Origin: Clostridiales bacterium
GTDB taxonomy: Bacteria > Bacillota > Clostridia > Peptostreptococcales > Anaerovoracaceae
Assembly (NCBI GenBank): GCA_022773945.1
Contig: JALFNS010000018.1
Coordinates: 2,960-66,959, forward strand
Direction of reading: 5' to 3'
Length of the DNA stretch: 64,000 bases
A program made the position numbers and the translations under genes. The stretch's first letter is position 1, and every line of letters begins with the position of its first letter. The notes beneath the pieces are model-generated. The model did no database searches. It worked only from the letters and a program-made list of their open reading frames with translations, and was not told the DNA's origin. Below, one piece after another: positions 1 to 13,141 of the stretch.

Positions 1-658
1 GACGTACGTTTCTCGGAATTACGGTTGTATAAACCTTCTCCTTGAAATACTTCTTGACTTCCTCGACAACCTGTATGGACAGATTCGTTCTGCCGTCGAA
101 CATGCTGAGGATAACCCCTTCAATTTCAAGATCAGGGTTGAGATTGTTTCTTACTATATCTATGGTGCTCATCAGCTGACTTACTCCCTCCAGAGCGTAG
201 AACTCGCACTGTATAGGAATGAGAACCGAATCAACCGCCGTGAGAGCGTTGATTGTCAGCGTTCCCAGAGATGGCGGGCAGTCAACGAATATATAGTCGT
301 ATTTAGGTTTCAGGACATCGATTGCCGCCTTGAGACGCTTTTCTTTGCCCGTCATACCTATAAGCTCCACCTCAACACCTGCCAGCTGCACGCTTGCAGG
401 CATTATATCCAGATTTTCTATGTCCGTAGGAATTACGGCCTCCTCCGGACGGTGATTGTCCTCTATGAGAATCTCGTGAGTCGTCACTTCCAGGTTTCTC
501 TTGGAAATACCAACACCGCTGGTAGTGTTTCCCTGCGGGTCAATATCCAGAATAAGAACCTTCTTCTGCATAAGTGCAAGGCACGCTGCCAGATTGATGT
601 TTGTGGTGGTTTTTCCTACGCCACCCTTCTGATTAAAAATCGCTATCGCTTTTCCCAT
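1..658 (-). CDS. parA: Chromosome partitioning ATPase ParA/Soj (3' end runs off the window)
   Basis: Not in the ORF track. Manual reverse translation from the ATG at 658 gives MGKAIAIFNQKGGVGKTTTNINLAA (deviant Walker A), then DYIFVDCPPSLG...VLIPIQCEFYALEG...MFDGRTNLS. RBS GGAGG upstream. Confidence 0.95.
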   Translation of the reverse strand, partial: MGKAIAIFNQKGGVGKTTTNINLAACLALMQKKVLILDIDPQGNTTSGVGISKRNLEVTTHEILIEDNHRPEEAVIPTDIENLDIMPASVQLAGVEVELIGMTGKEKRLKAAIDVLKPKYDYIFVDCPPSLGTLTINALTAVDSVLIPIQCEFYALEGVSQLMSTIDIVRNNLNPDLEIEGVILSMFDGRTNLSIQVVEEVKKYFKEKVYTTVIPRNVR

Positions 659-730
659 AGTAACCTCCTGATTTTCAATTCCGGATTTATTATATAACAT
701 CCATCCGTAATCTTCTATAGGTTTTTCGAA

Positions 731-746
731 TGTTTCACGTGAAACA
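731..746. promoter_or_regulatory. parS centromere site
   Basis: Perfect palindrome TGTTTCACGTGAAACA matching the ParB/Spo0J consensus, located upstream of parA. Confidence 0.95.
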
Positions 747-747
747 T

Positions 748-1467
748 CTATTTAATCGGACTTTTTCCCGGTGTTCCCGGTTTTCTCGGATACTTTGCCG
801 GTGTTTTTTTCTTTTTTGATACTATAACCAGTCTGTGTTCCGTACCCTCCGGGCCGCCGTATGCTTTTTCCACCGACCTGAGACTGCCACCCAGAATCTC
901 AATAGCCTTTGCGGCGTCTGCAATTTCTCCGTCACTTCCGGGTCCTTTGTAAGCGATGAAGCTTCCGCCCTCTCTCACGAAAGGAAGACAGAGCTCCGTC
1001 AGTGTCGACATGTTGGCAACCGCTCTGGACACACAGAGATCAAAAGCTTCTCTCAAGCCCTCGCGGCGTCCCAGCTCCTCTGCTCTGCCGTGAAGCGCCT
1101 GCACGTTGCTCAGTCCGTACTTCTCAGCGAGGCTTACTATTATCTTAATCCTCTTGTTGAGAGAATCAACCAGCACAAACTCCTTCTCAGGATATGCTAT
1201 CGCCAGAGGTATTCCCGGAAATCCGCCTCCCGTTCCCACATCTATAATGCGGCCGGCTTCCTGAAATTCAGGGGTGAAGGCGCACGCCATGGAATCGTCA
1301 TAGTGACCGGCTATGAAAGCATCTCGTTCTCTTATGGCTGTGAGATTGATGCTCTCGTTCAGCTCCAGTATATCCTCCATATAGCCTCTGTATATTGTTT
1401 CCTTCTCTTCGGTCAGCTCCATTCCAAGTCTGCGGAAGGTGTCTCTCAGATTATTGAATTCACTCAC
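748..1467 (-). CDS. rsmG: 16S rRNA m7G527 methyltransferase RsmG (GidB)
   Basis: [32 protein letters not shown] and KYPRKPG motifs. GTG start at 1467 overlaps the mnmG stop. Confidence 0.95.
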   Translation of the reverse strand: MSEFNNLRDTFRRLGMELTEEKETIYRGYMEDILELNESINLTAIRERDAFIAGHYDDSMACAFTPEFQEAGRIIDVGTGGGFPGIPLAIAYPEKEFVLVDSLNKRIKIIVSLAEKYGLSNVQALHGRAEELGRREGLREAFDLCVSRAVANMSTLTELCLPFVREGGSFIAYKGPGSDGEIADAAKAIEILGGSLRSVEKAYGGPEGTEHRLVIVSKKKKTPAKYPRKPGTPGKSPIK

Positions 1468-3343
1468 CCTTCTGTCTCCTTTTCTTCTCAAGGTGTATGA
1501 GCAGCACATTTATGTCCGCCGGCGATACTCCCGAAATTCGCGAAGCCTGTCCCACAGACAGCGGCTTGAACTTATCCAGCTTCTGCCGCGCCTCCAGACG
1601 CAGTCCGTCTATTTCACTGTAATTCATATCCGGACTGAGCTTCCTGTTCTCAAGACGATGGAACTTGTCTATCCTGGCCTGCTGCTTCCTTATATAACCC
1701 TCGTACTTGATCTGAACCTCCATCATGGTTTTCTCATGAGGCAGAAGCTGAGGTCTCTCCGGATCCGCCGGCAGAGTATCATCATAGGTTATCTCCGGAC
1801 GGCGCAAAAGCTCGATGAGAGGTGTGGCACCCTTAATAGGCGTGCTTCCTTTTTCTTCCAGTATGCTGTTTATATCCTCAGGCTTCACTGTCTTGTGTGT
1901 TATGCGCTCTGTTTCACGTGAAACAGCCTCCTTCTTTCTCAGGAATTTAGCATAGCGTTCTTCAGTGACGAGTCCCAGATTATATCCCTTCTCCGTAAGT
2001 CTCAAGTCCGCATTGTCCTGTCTGAGAAGCAGGCGGTATTCTGCTCTGCTTGTCATTATACGGTAAGGCTCCTCCGTCCCCTTGGTTATGAGATCGTCTA
2101 TGAGGACTCCTATATATGCTTCACTCCTGTCAAGCACGAAAGGCTCCTCACCTCTCAGAGAACATACGGCATTTATTCCCGCCATGAGACCCTGAGCGGC
2201 CGCCTCTTCATACCCGGAGCTTCCGTTAAACTGTCCCGCACAGAAAAGACCTTCTATCTGCCTGCTCTCCAGATTTAACTTCAGAGCCAGCGGGTCTATG
2301 CAGTCATATTCAATGGCATATGCCGGCCTTACTATTTCGAGATTCTCCAGTCCTTCTATCGTCTTGTAGAATTCCTCCTGCACATCCTCGGGAAGGCTGG
2401 ATGACATTCCCTGTATATACATTTCATTGGTATATAGACCTTCTGGCTCTATGAAGAGCTGGTGTCTCTTCTTGTCGGCAAACCTGTTTACCTTATCCTC
2501 TATTGACGGACAGTATCTGGGACCCACTCCCTCAATCTGCCCGCCGAAGAGAGCCGACCTGTGAAAATTATTTCTTATAACCTCATGAGTTTTCTCATTG
2601 GTGTATGTGAGCCAGCACTTCACCTGCTCGCGATGAAGCTCCTCGTTCATGAATGAAAAAGGAACAATCTCCTCATCTCCCTCCTGAGGCGTCATCTTGT
2701 CATAGTCGAAGCTTGCAGCCAGGCCGCGGGCGGGAGTTCCCGTCTTGAATCTTCTCATAGGAAGTCCCTTTTCCCTCAGGTTTGACGCCAGCTCAACAGA
2801 AGGTGCCATTCCGTTAGGGCCGCTGTCAAAGGCGCTCTCTCCGATGAAAATTCTTCCCGCCAGGAAGGTTCCCGTAGCCAGTATTACTGCTTTACTCCTG
2901 TAAACAGCTCCCGTGCGAAGCACAACTCCGCAGGCCTTTCCTTTTTCAACAATTATATCAACCACTTCTCCCTGCTTGAGAGTGAGGTTTTCCTGAGCCT
3001 CCAGGGTTTTCTTCATTTCTATATGATAACTGTTCTTGTCAGTCTGGGCTCTCAGAGAATGAACCGCCGGACCCTTGGCTCTGTTGAGCATCCGGCTCTG
3101 AATAAATGTCTTGTCAGTGTTAATTCCCATCTCGCCGCCAAGTGCATCTATTTCACGCACCAGGTGGCCTTTGCCCGTTCCGCCTATGGAAGGATTGCAG
3201 GCCATCATGGCCACAGCCTCCAGATTTATTGAGAACATGACTGTGCTCATTCCCATGCGGGCACAGGCGAGACCGGCTTCGCATCCGGCATGCCCCGCTC
3301 CTACCACAATCACATCATATGTACCCATCACATATTCTTTCAT
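1460..3343 (-). CDS. mnmG: tRNA uridine-5-carboxymethylaminomethyl modification enzyme MnmG (GidA)
   Basis: [33 protein letters not shown] and [17 protein letters not shown] motifs. Confidence 0.98.
   Translation of the reverse strand: MKEYVMGTYDVIVVGAGHAGCEAGLACARMGMSTVMFSINLEAVAMMACNPSIGGTGKGHLVREIDALGGEMGINTDKTFIQSRMLNRAKGPAVHSLRAQTDKNSYHIEMKKTLEAQENLTLKQGEVVDIIVEKGKACGVVLRTGAVYRSKAVILATGTFLAGRIFIGESAFDSGPNGMAPSVELASNLREKGLPMRRFKTGTPARGLAASFDYDKMTPQEGDEEIVPFSFMNEELHREQVKCWLTYTNEKTHEVIRNNFHRSALFGGQIEGVGPRYCPSIEDKVNRFADKKRHQLFIEPEGLYTNEMYIQGMSSSLPEDVQEEFYKTIEGLENLEIVRPAYAIEYDCIDPLALKLNLESRQIEGLFCAGQFNGSSGYEEAAAQGLMAGINAVCSLRGEEPFVLDRSEAYIGVLIDDLITKGTEEPYRIMTSRAEYRLLLRQDNADLRLTEKGYNLGLVTEERYAKFLRKKEAVSRETERITHKTVKPEDINSILEEKGSTPIKGATPLIELLRRPEITYDDTLPADPERPQLLPHEKTMMEVQIKYEGYIRKQQARIDKFHRLENRKLSPDMNYSEIDGLRLEARQKLDKFKPLSVGQASRISGVSPADINVLLIHLEKKRRQKGE
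1910..1925. promoter_or_regulatory. parS centromere site inside the mnmG coding sequence
   Basis: Second perfect TGTTTCACGTGAAACA. Confidence 0.9.
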
Positions 3344-3360
3344 CAGTACGGCCTTCCCAT

Positions 3361-4728
3361 CTACTTGCCCAGGCAGAACCTGGCGAAAACTTCATCTATT
3401 ATATCCTCGGAAACGGTGTCACCCGTTATCTCTCCCAGAACTTCATACGCTTCTCTTATATCTATTTCTGCAAAATCCATAGCCTCACCGGATTCCAGAA
3501 TTTTCCTCGCAGCCTTCAGGGAATCCTCAGCCTTATGCAAAAGCTCAATATGGCGGACATTATTCACCAGCACATCGTCGCTGCGTGAAATTCTGCCGCT
3601 GTATACCTGCTCTTCAATCTTATCCTCCAGCTCGGATATGCCCTCACCGGATGTGAGGACAGTTTCAATAACTGTGGCCTCCGGCAACAGACGTTTAAGT
3701 TCGTCTCTGTCGAGACAGCTGCCCCTGTCCTGCTTGTTAAGGAGAAGAAAACACTTTCTATCTCCTATATGCTCTATGATCATCTCGTCCTCTTCCGTCA
3801 GAGGAGAGCTTGCGTCCAGTATCAGTATTATTGTATCAGCCTTGTTGAAGGCATCCTTTGTCTTCTCTATTCCTATCTTCTCCACTATATCGTCAGTCTC
3901 TCTGATACCTGCCGTATCCGTCAGATAAACAGGTATCCCTCTTATGCTGAGAGCCTCCTCTATAGTATCCCTCGTAGTGCCGGGAATCTCCGTCACTATA
4001 GCTCTGGTTTCTCTGAGCAGAGCATTCATCAGAGAGGACTTTCCCACGTTAGGTTTGCCCACAATCACCATGCTCAGACCTTCTCTTACTATCCGGCCCG
4101 TATCGGCTCCGGACAGCAGTTTTTCAATCATATCGTTTATTGTCGATATTTTATTTATTATTCCTTCCGCTACTATCTGCTCTATATCTTCATCGGGATA
4201 ATCGATGTTAACCGCTATCTCCACCAGAAGGTCCATTATGCTGTTTCTGATTCGGTTTATTTCCAGAGAAAGACCCCCTTCGAGCTGTGACATTGCCACA
4301 TCGAAGCTTTTGTCGGTCCTGGCTTTTATAACATCTATTACTGCCTCAGCCTGGGAAAGGTCCATCCTGCCGTTGAGAAATGCGGTTTTGGTAAATTCAC
4401 CCGGTTCCGCCATACGGGCTCCCGATCTCAACACGGCCTGCAGTGTTCTTCTCAGAGAAACCATACTGCCGTGGCAGTTTATCTCAACCACATCGTCTCC
4501 AGTGTAACTGGCAGGTCCCTTCATATAAACGGCCAGCGCTTCATCTATTATCCTGTCGCCGCCCGGTTCGACTACATGACCGTAGGTCATCCTTCTGTCA
4601 TCCAGCCTGCTGCCTTTGCACCTGAAAACTCTCAGAGCCGTTTCGAGGGCCTCCGGACCGCTGATTCTCACTATTCCTATGCCGCCTTCACCGGCAGCCG
4701 TTGCTATAGCTGCTATAGTATCGTTCAT
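3361..4728 (-). CDS. mnmE: tRNA modification GTPase MnmE (TrmE)
   Basis: [34 protein letters not shown] motifs and C-terminal FCLGK. Confidence 0.98.
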   Translation of the reverse strand: MNDTIAAIATAAGEGGIGIVRISGPEALETALRVFRCKGSRLDDRRMTYGHVVEPGGDRIIDEALAVYMKGPASYTGDDVVEINCHGSMVSLRRTLQAVLRSGARMAEPGEFTKTAFLNGRMDLSQAEAVIDVIKARTDKSFDVAMSQLEGGLSLEINRIRNSIMDLLVEIAVNIDYPDEDIEQIVAEGIINKISTINDMIEKLLSGADTGRIVREGLSMVIVGKPNVGKSSLMNALLRETRAIVTEIPGTTRDTIEEALSIRGIPVYLTDTAGIRETDDIVEKIGIEKTKDAFNKADTIILILDASSPLTEEDEMIIEHIGDRKCFLLLNKQDRGSCLDRDELKRLLPEATVIETVLTSGEGISELEDKIEEQVYSGRISRSDDVLVNNVRHIELLHKAEDSLKAARKILESGEAMDFAEIDIREAYEVLGEITGDTVSEDIIDEVFARFCLGK

Positions 4729-4768
4729 CTTCTTAAACAGCGAAGGTCCGCATACGCGGACCCCGTTT

Positions 4769-5569
4769 CTACTTCTTAAGTTCTATTATAACTCTTCTGT
4801 AAGGCTCTTCTCCTTCACTTCTCGTAGTAATTCTGCTGTTCTGCTGAAGTGTGGAGTGGATAACCTTTCTCTCATAAGGATTCATAGGCTCCAGTCTTAC
4901 TCTCTTGCCTGTCTTGACAACCTTGGCTGCCAATCTGTTGGCAAGCTGTTCCAGTGTTCTCTGTCTCTTCTCTCTGTAATTTTCGGCATCGAGAACAACC
5001 TTCATATAGTTGCTTCTGTCCTTGTTTACAACGAGACTTGTGAGATACTGCACAGCATCAAGAGTCTGACCCCTCTTGCCTATTATCGTTCTGGAATCCT
5101 TGCCGCTCATTTCAATATAGACAAGGTCCTTGCCTGTTCTGGCACTGAACTGAAGCGACAGACCCATTTTCTCCGATACATCCTTGAGAAAATCAAGAGC
5201 CTCATGCTCTTCAACAGGTGTGAGACTTGCTACATCCACATCGTCAAGAGCTATGTTTACAGGCTGCTGTTTTTTCTTTTTCTTGCCGCCGCTGCCGTCC
5301 TTCTTAGGCTTATCCTTCTTCTCTTCTCTTTTAGTTTCTTTCTTAACTTCCTTGACTGCCTTGACTTCCGGAGCAGGCTCAACCTTCTCAGGCTCCTTCT
5401 TTATCTTCTCCACTCTGACGAGTGCGAGCTTGGCGCCAATTCCGAAAAATCCCCTTGACGGTTCCTCCAGAACCTGAATACTGACTTCATCTCTGGAGAC
5501 CTTCAAATCACTGAGGGCCAGCTCAACCGCTTCGTCTACGCTGGTTCCCCACTTTTCTATATGATCCAT
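4769..5569 (-). CDS. jag: RNA-binding protein Jag/KhpB (EloR)
   Basis: Jag_N domain (SVDEAVELAL...GFFGIG), KH domain (IIGKRGQTLDAVQYL), R3H domain (MNPYERKVIH). Start placed at MDHIEK after a GGAGA RBS. Confidence 0.93.
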   Translation of the reverse strand: MDHIEKWGTSVDEAVELALSDLKVSRDEVSIQVLEEPSRGFFGIGAKLALVRVEKIKKEPEKVEPAPEVKAVKEVKKETKREEKKDKPKKDGSGGKKKKKQQPVNIALDDVDVASLTPVEEHEALDFLKDVSEKMGLSLQFSARTGKDLVYIEMSGKDSRTIIGKRGQTLDAVQYLTSLVVNKDRSNYMKVVLDAENYREKRQRTLEQLANRLAAKVVKTGKRVRLEPMNPYERKVIHSTLQQNSRITTRSEGEEPYRRVIIELKK

Positions 5570-5570
5570 A

Positions 5571-6308
5571 CTATCTCCTGTTCTTCTTCTCAATCTTCTC
5601 TCTGATTCTCTTCTCTTCCTGTTCTCTCTTGATTTTCTTTCTCATTGTCTGCATGTGAATATTGAAGAAAATCTGAATGATCTGGCTGACAGCCCAGTAG
5701 AGAGCAAGTCCGGACGGGAATGATTTAGCCATCCACAGAATCATTATAGGGAATATGTACTGCATCATCTTCATCATGGCTCCCGACTGCTGAGTTGCAG
5801 CAGTGCCGGAATCCTGAAGAGCTCTGTTCATTGTGAATGCGATGAATGTTGCCACTCCTGCGATAATCGGCAGAACCCACGGGTCAGGCTGACTAAGGTC
5901 ATCTATCCATAAGAATGGTTCGTGGAACGCGAAAATCATATCATCCTTCGTTATATAACGGAGAGGATTTCTCAGAAGTGCGAAGAGACCCATTATTATA
6001 GGCATCTGAATGAGCATAGGAAGACATCCACCCATAGGATTGAATTTTTCTTCCTTGTAGAGCTCCTGCAGCTTGATGTTCATCATCTCCTGATCATTGG
6101 CGTATCTGTTCTGGATTTCCCTGATCTTAGGCTGCATTTCAGACATAACCGCAGTGGATTTAGTCTGCTTGATATAGAGCGGATAAATACAAAGCTTTAC
6201 AAATACAGTAAATATTATGATAGTGATACCGTAATTTCCTACAACATTGTAGAGGAAATCGAGAAGATATCCCATTGGCTTGGCAATTACGCCCAGTATT
6301 GTATACAT
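5571..6308 (-). CDS. yidC: Membrane protein insertase YidC/Oxa1
   Basis: NYGITIIIFT, NPMGGCLPMLIQMPI, DPWVLP and GLALYW motifs; conserved synteny. Confidence 0.95.
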   Translation of the reverse strand: MYTILGVIAKPMGYLLDFLYNVVGNYGITIIIFTVFVKLCIYPLYIKQTKSTAVMSEMQPKIREIQNRYANDQEMMNIKLQELYKEEKFNPMGGCLPMLIQMPIIMGLFALLRNPLRYITKDDMIFAFHEPFLWIDDLSQPDPWVLPIIAGVATFIAFTMNRALQDSGTAATQQSGAMMKMMQYIFPIMILWMAKSFPSGLALYWAVSQIIQIFFNIHMQTMRKKIKREQEEKRIREKIEKKNRR

Positions 6309-6321
6309 TAAGTATTTCCTC

Positions 6322-6531
6322 CTATTTCAAAGGATCGTATCCTCCTTCATGAAAAGGATGGCACTTGAGAATCCGTCTGATTCCCAGATACGTTCCCTTA
6401 AAAAAACCGTATTTTTCAAGTGCCTGTAAAAAATAGACAGAGCAAGTAGGATAAAACCTGCATCTGGGAGGAAAAAGAGGAGATATGAATTTCTGATAGA
6501 ATCTTATAATAAGAATCATTATCTGTTTCAT
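6322..6531 (-). CDS. yidD: Membrane protein insertion efficiency factor YidD
   Basis: [27 protein letters not shown]. Confidence 0.95.
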   Translation of the reverse strand: MKQIMILIIRFYQKFISPLFPPRCRFYPTCSVYFLQALEKYGFFKGTYLGIRRILKCHPFHEGGYDPLK

Positions 6532-6881
6532 TGCTCAACCTCTCGGGATTTAATAAGGCCCGACCTCTGCAGAGCATTTATCACAGATCTGTTTACCTCT
6601 TCGAAACCTCGTCCGTTAATTCTGTTTCTGGATATGAAAATAATGTCATACCCCTGCTTGAGGTACTCCTTCTGAAATCTGTAGCTCTCTTTAAGAAGCC
6701 TCTTGGCCCTGTTCCTCTGTACGCTGTTACCTACTTTTTTGCTTGCCAGGAAAGCAGTTCTGTTATAAGAGAGCCCGTTCTTCCTGAAAATAACCACAAC
6801 ATACTTGTCGGGAACATTTTTCCCCTTCCTGTATATGGCCGAAAAATCCTTGTCTCTCCTTAAAACTTCTTTCTTAAGCAT
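6528..6881 (-). CDS. rnpA: Ribonuclease P protein component
   Basis: [22 protein letters not shown] motif; synteny. Confidence 0.95.
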   Translation of the reverse strand: MLKKEVLRRDKDFSAIYRKGKNVPDKYVVVIFRKNGLSYNRTAFLASKKVGNSVQRNRAKRLLKESYRFQKEYLKQGYDIIFISRNRINGRGFEEVNRSVINALQRSGLIKSREVEQ

Positions 6882-6931
6882 CTCTTCATTTCAGTTTTCT
6901 CATGAAACAAAAAGACCACTCTCTGCGGTCT

Positions 6932-7066
6932 CTATGCTGATAAAACTTTTCTTCCTCTTTGTCTTCTTCTCTTCAAAACATTTCTACCGTTCTTTGTCTT
7001 CATTCTCTTTCTGAAGCCGTGCTCCTTCTTGCGCTGCCTCTTCTTAGGCTGGTAAGTCATTTTCAT
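6932..7066 (-). CDS. rpmH: 50S ribosomal protein L34
   Basis: Not in the ORF track. Manual translation gives [44 protein letters not shown] (44 aa). Confidence 0.97.
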   Translation of the reverse strand: MKMTYQPKKRQRKKEHGFRKRMKTKNGRNVLKRRRQRGRKVLSA

Positions 7067-7361
7067 AAGGTTATTCCTCCTGTTAAATTAATAAATCGTA
7101 CAATTCTCAATTTCAAATTGTACACATATGCTCAAATATTATACCTTTCAGTCTCTTTAAAGTCAATTTATTTTAAATATTGCGGTCCCGCAAAGGCCTC
7201 AAATACAACATATAGGTGATACTGTGAAATCTTTGCACAATTTTATCCACAAGTAGTGGATAATCCTCGAAATCCCCATAAAAAGGCATTTTTTATTTAA
7301 CTATTGCCTGTGGATAACTTTTTTTGTTATTATATATTTACTTTGTATGAGAGGATAAAAA
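7067..7361. other. oriC left part (rpmH-dnaA intergenic region) with DnaA boxes
   Basis: AT-rich. Perfect boxes TTATCCACA at 7243-7251 and TGTGGATAA at 7309-7317; near-matches AGTGGATAA at 7255-7263 and TTGTACACA at 7118-7126. Confidence 0.85.
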
Positions 7362-8768
7362 ATGACATTAAAGATAGACAAGGACAAATGGAAGGACATA
7401 CTTTCTGAAATAAGCGGCGAACTGACATCTGTCAGCTACAAAACATGGTTTCTGCCCCTGATTCCTCTGGAAATCGACGAAAACACGAATACCATGTACG
7501 TGGCTTCGACAGACAGCTTCAAGGTGAGCGTTCTCAACAAAAATGAGAAATACATAGCTCTCCTCGAAAAAGCCATCAAGAAAGTATACAGAACATCATA
7601 CAAAATAAAAATAATACATAAGAACGAATCAGAAATTAAGGCAGCTTCATCGGACAGAAAAAGCAGGAGCACATCGAGAGGTCCGGGAGCTGTTTCTGCG
7701 ACAGGGGATGAAGACCTCTACAACGAGGAATACTTCCTCAATCCCAGATACAATTTCGATAACTTCATAATAGGATCAAACAACAACTATGCCCATGCTG
7801 TGGCACTGGCTGTAGCAGAAACCCCGGCCAAGGTTTACAATCCGCTCTTCATATACGGAGGATCCGGACTGGGTAAGACACATCTCATGCACGCCATAGG
7901 TCACTACATTCTGGAGCACAATCCTGATATGAAGGTTCTCTATGTCTCCTCTGAAATGTTCACCAACGAACTTCTTCAGGCGATAAGAGACCCCAACAAT
8001 TCCAACAGCAGACTGAATTCATTCAAACAGAAATACAGAACCGTTGACGTGCTGCTAATCGACGACATTCAGTTCATCGAAGGTAAGGAAGCCACACAGA
8101 ACGAGTTCTTCCACACCTTCAATACACTCTATGAGCTGGACAAGCAGATTGTAATATCCAGTGACCGCTCGCCGAGCAAGCTGAAGGACCTGGATGACAG
8201 ACTGAAATCACGATTCCAGTGGAACGTCGTAGCCGACATACAGCCTCCTGATTTCGAAACAAGAGTTGCCATACTCAGAAACAAAGCCGAAATGGAGAAC
8301 ATAGACCTTGACGATGATGTTCTGGAGGTTATAAACCTTATAGCCGAGAGAGTCAAGTTCAACATAAGAGAGCTGGAGAGCGCGCTCACGAGAATAATCA
8401 GCTTCTCCAGGGTATTCAACAAGAAGATTACGGTCAAGTTTGCCAAGGACAGTCTGAGAGATATTTTCTCGGCACGTGACGCTGAAATATCGTGCGAAAC
8501 CGTTAAAAAAGCCGTTTGCAAGAAATTCGGCATAAAGCTCACAGACATTGAGTCCTCCAAGAGAAAGAGAGAATACACCTATCCGAGACAGATAGCAATG
8601 TATCTGTGCCGTGAAATGACGGATCTCTCACTTCCCAAGATAGGTCAGTCCTTCGGAGGCAAAGACCACACGACAGTTCTTCACGCATGTGATAAAATAT
8701 CTAAAGAGATAAAAACAAATCCGGTTCTGGCTGAAGATATAAGAAACCTGAAGGATGAGATACAATAA
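7362..8768 (+). CDS. dnaA: Chromosomal replication initiator DnaA
   Basis: YNPLFIYGGSGLGKTHL, LLIDDIQF, NIRELE and FGGKDHTTVLHA motifs. Confidence 0.99.
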   Translation: MTLKIDKDKWKDILSEISGELTSVSYKTWFLPLIPLEIDENTNTMYVASTDSFKVSVLNKNEKYIALLEKAIKKVYRTSYKIKIIHKNESEIKAASSDRKSRSTSRGPGAVSATGDEDLYNEEYFLNPRYNFDNFIIGSNNNYAHAVALAVAETPAKVYNPLFIYGGSGLGKTHLMHAIGHYILEHNPDMKVLYVSSEMFTNELLQAIRDPNNSNSRLNSFKQKYRTVDVLLIDDIQFIEGKEATQNEFFHTFNTLYELDKQIVISSDRSPSKLKDLDDRLKSRFQWNVVADIQPPDFETRVAILRNKAEMENIDLDDDVLEVINLIAERVKFNIRELESALTRIISFSRVFNKKITVKFAKDSLRDIFSARDAEISCETVKKAVCKKFGIKLTDIESSKRKREYTYPRQIAMYLCREMTDLSLPKIGQSFGGKDHTTVLHACDKISKEIKTNPVLAEDIRNLKDEIQ

Positions 8769-8910
8769 TTATCAACATGGCCCGTTGATAAAAAAAACAA
8801 CTTTTCCACAGATTTTAAACAACAATTAATCCATGCATTTCAATGGATGTACAGATTATCAACAGAATCAACACACACTACTACTATTACTACTGTATAT
8901 ATTATTTAAA
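8769..8910. other. oriC right part: DnaA boxes, DnaA-trio repeats and AT-rich unwinding element
   Basis: TTATCAACA at 8769-8777 and 8856-8864, CGTTGATAA at 8783-8791, TTTTCCACA at 8802-8810, then CTACTACTATTACTAC at 8878-8893 followed by TATATATTATTTAAAA. Confidence 0.85.
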
Positions 8911-8938
8911 AAGAGAAGATTTTTTTCGGAGGATTCCA

Positions 8939-10048
8939 ATGAAATTCACATGTCAGCAACAAACTCTGATGAAAGCACTGAACACTGTTTCCAAAGCAGT
9001 ATCAGCCAAGACCACAATCCCTACACTTAAGGGTATATTAATAGAAACGGCAGGTGACTCACTTGTTCTCACAGCATCCGATCTGGATTTAAGCATCAGA
9101 ACCAGGATAGAAGCTTCAGTTGAAGAAGAAGGATCAGCAGTCGTAACAGCCAAACTTCTCAGTGATATAGTGAGAAAGCTTCCTAATGAAGAGCTTACTC
9201 TCTTTGATGAAGGAGTAAACATAAATATAAAAACACTCTCCTCCGAATTCAAGGTTATATGCATGCCCGTGGAGGAGTTCCCGGAAGTGTACAAGAAAGA
9301 GGATGCCAACGATACTCTTGTTTTCAACAGAGAGCTGTTCATGGACATGGTCCGGAAGACAGCCTTTGCGGCAAGCATGGACGAGTCGAAAGGAGTGCTT
9401 ACCGGAATACTCACGGAAGTATCGCCTGACAGCATAAGCATGGTTGCCATCGACGGCTTCAGACTGGCCTATGTCAGAGAAGAGGCTAGAGGTGAGAGAG
9501 ACAAGAAGTTTATAGTCTCCGCCAGAATAATGAATGATATAAGAAAAATCATATCCGATGAGGATGAGGAATGTGATGTTATAGTTTCATTCGGAGCCAA
9601 GAAGACTACATTCAGTATAGGAAATACTATCGTTATTATACGATTGATGGAAGGTGAGTTCCTGGATTACAACAATATAATCCCTAAGGATTCCTTCACC
9701 AGAGCGGTTATAGGCAGGGAGGTTCTTCTCGAGAGCATTGAGAGAGCATCGCTGCTGGCCAGAGAAGGCAAGAACAATCTCATCAGAATGTCGATAGTGA
9801 ACAATCTTCTCACAATCACTTCCAGATCCGATGAGGGAAATGTGAAGGAAGAGATAGTTATTGAGAAGGACGGCAACGATATAGAGATTGGCTTCAACTC
9901 CAAGTATGTGCTTGATGTTCTCAAGGCCATAGATGATGAAGAGGTTCAGTTTAACTTCAAGTCAGGTGTGGATCCTGCCATCGTGACATCTGTGAATGGA
10001 GATGAGTACAAGTATCTGATACTTCCGGTCAGAATAACTTCGATTTAA
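8939..10048 (+). CDS. dnaN: DNA polymerase III beta clamp
   Basis: MKFTCQQ..KTTIPTLKGILI, ASDLDLSI, AIDGFRLA, IGFNSKY and YLILPVR. True start is the ATG at 8939 after GGAGG; the track's N-terminal extension is origin DNA. Confidence 0.97.
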   Translation: MKFTCQQQTLMKALNTVSKAVSAKTTIPTLKGILIETAGDSLVLTASDLDLSIRTRIEASVEEEGSAVVTAKLLSDIVRKLPNEELTLFDEGVNINIKTLSSEFKVICMPVEEFPEVYKKEDANDTLVFNRELFMDMVRKTAFAASMDESKGVLTGILTEVSPDSISMVAIDGFRLAYVREEARGERDKKFIVSARIMNDIRKIISDEDEECDVIVSFGAKKTTFSIGNTIVIIRLMEGEFLDYNNIIPKDSFTRAVIGREVLLESIERASLLAREGKNNLIRMSIVNNLLTITSRSDEGNVKEEIVIEKDGNDIEIGFNSKYVLDVLKAIDDEEVQFNFKSGVDPAIVTSVNGDEYKYLILPVRITSI

Positions 10049-10052
10049 GAAT

Positions 10053-11141
10053 ATGTACATCAGAGAAATAAGATTACATAATTTCAGAAACTACGTAGAC
10101 GAGAGAATATCCTTCAGCGATAAGGTTAACATTATCCTTGGTAACAACGGACAGGGAAAGACTAATCTGCTGGAGGGTATTTATTTAGATGCCTTCGGAC
10201 GCTCTTTCAAGAAGGTCAAGGACAGAGACCTCATTCGTTTCGGTGAGGAGTTCTGTCGCGTGGAGATAACAGGCGAGGACCGTTACGGAGAAGAGGAAAA
10301 GACCGAGATAGTAATAGACAGAAGCGGCAAGAAGGGGATAAAGGTTAAGGGCGTCAAGATAAGGAAGACCTCGGAGATGATGGACAGAATGTTCATAACC
10401 GTATTCTCTCCTGAGGACCTGAAGATAGTCAAGGATGAGCCGGAACGGAGAAGGAGGTTCCTGGACAGGGAGCTCTGTCAGATAAGAAAGGGATATATGA
10501 GCAATCTTAATGATTACAGGAGAGCTCTTAAACAGAAGAATGCCGCACTGAAGGAGGAATCATTTCCCGAAAGCCTTCTCGATATATGGGACAGAGAGCT
10601 GGCTCTCTACGGTAGCAGAATCATAAAAAAGCGAAAGGAATACATCGAGCGGATAAATGTAATATCGGGAGAGATACACAGAGACATATCGGGAGGAAAG
10701 GAAAATCTGACCATAAGCTATGAGCCTTCCATAGACTGCACGGATGAGGAAGAATATTACGATGAAATCTGCAGCTGCCGTGCTGATGATATGAGAAACA
10801 GAAGCACGGGCAAAGGCCCCCACAGAGATGACATCAGGATAGAAGCCGACGGCATTGACATGAGAAAGTTCGGATCACAGGGGCAGCAGCGAACTGCGGC
10901 ACTGTCACTAAAGCTTTCGGAAATAAAAATAACAGAAGAGGAAAAAGGTGAGAAACCGGTTCTCCTTCTCGATGATGTGCTGTCCGAGCTGGATACGGAC
11001 AGACAGAATTTCCTGCTTCAGAAGCTGGGAGACAACCAGATGTTCATAACGGATACGGATATTATGGCGGGAGTTGCCAGAAATCTGCCTGAAGGAAAAA
11101 TCATCAGAATATCCGACGGGAAAGTGGATGTGGAAATATAA
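10053..11141 (+). CDS. recF: DNA replication and repair protein RecF
   Basis: NFRNY, GNNGQGKTNLLE, SQGQQRT and LLLDDVLSELD motifs. Confidence 0.97.
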   Translation: MYIREIRLHNFRNYVDERISFSDKVNIILGNNGQGKTNLLEGIYLDAFGRSFKKVKDRDLIRFGEEFCRVEITGEDRYGEEEKTEIVIDRSGKKGIKVKGVKIRKTSEMMDRMFITVFSPEDLKIVKDEPERRRRFLDRELCQIRKGYMSNLNDYRRALKQKNAALKEESFPESLLDIWDRELALYGSRIIKKRKEYIERINVISGEIHRDISGGKENLTISYEPSIDCTDEEEYYDEICSCRADDMRNRSTGKGPHRDDIRIEADGIDMRKFGSQGQQRTAALSLKLSEIKITEEEKGEKPVLLLDDVLSELDTDRQNFLLQKLGDNQMFITDTDIMAGVARNLPEGKIIRISDGKVDVEI

Positions 11142-11168
11142 CTTAAAAATAAAATGGAATTATGTTAA

Positions 11169-13124
<1,956 letters not shown>

Positions 13125-13141
13125 AAGGGAATATTCAGCAG

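Noticed and set aside
8843-8938. N-terminal extension of DnaN (THYYYYYCIYY) in the ORF track
   Set aside because: This is the translated DnaA-trio/AT-rich origin sequence; the SD-led start is at 8939.
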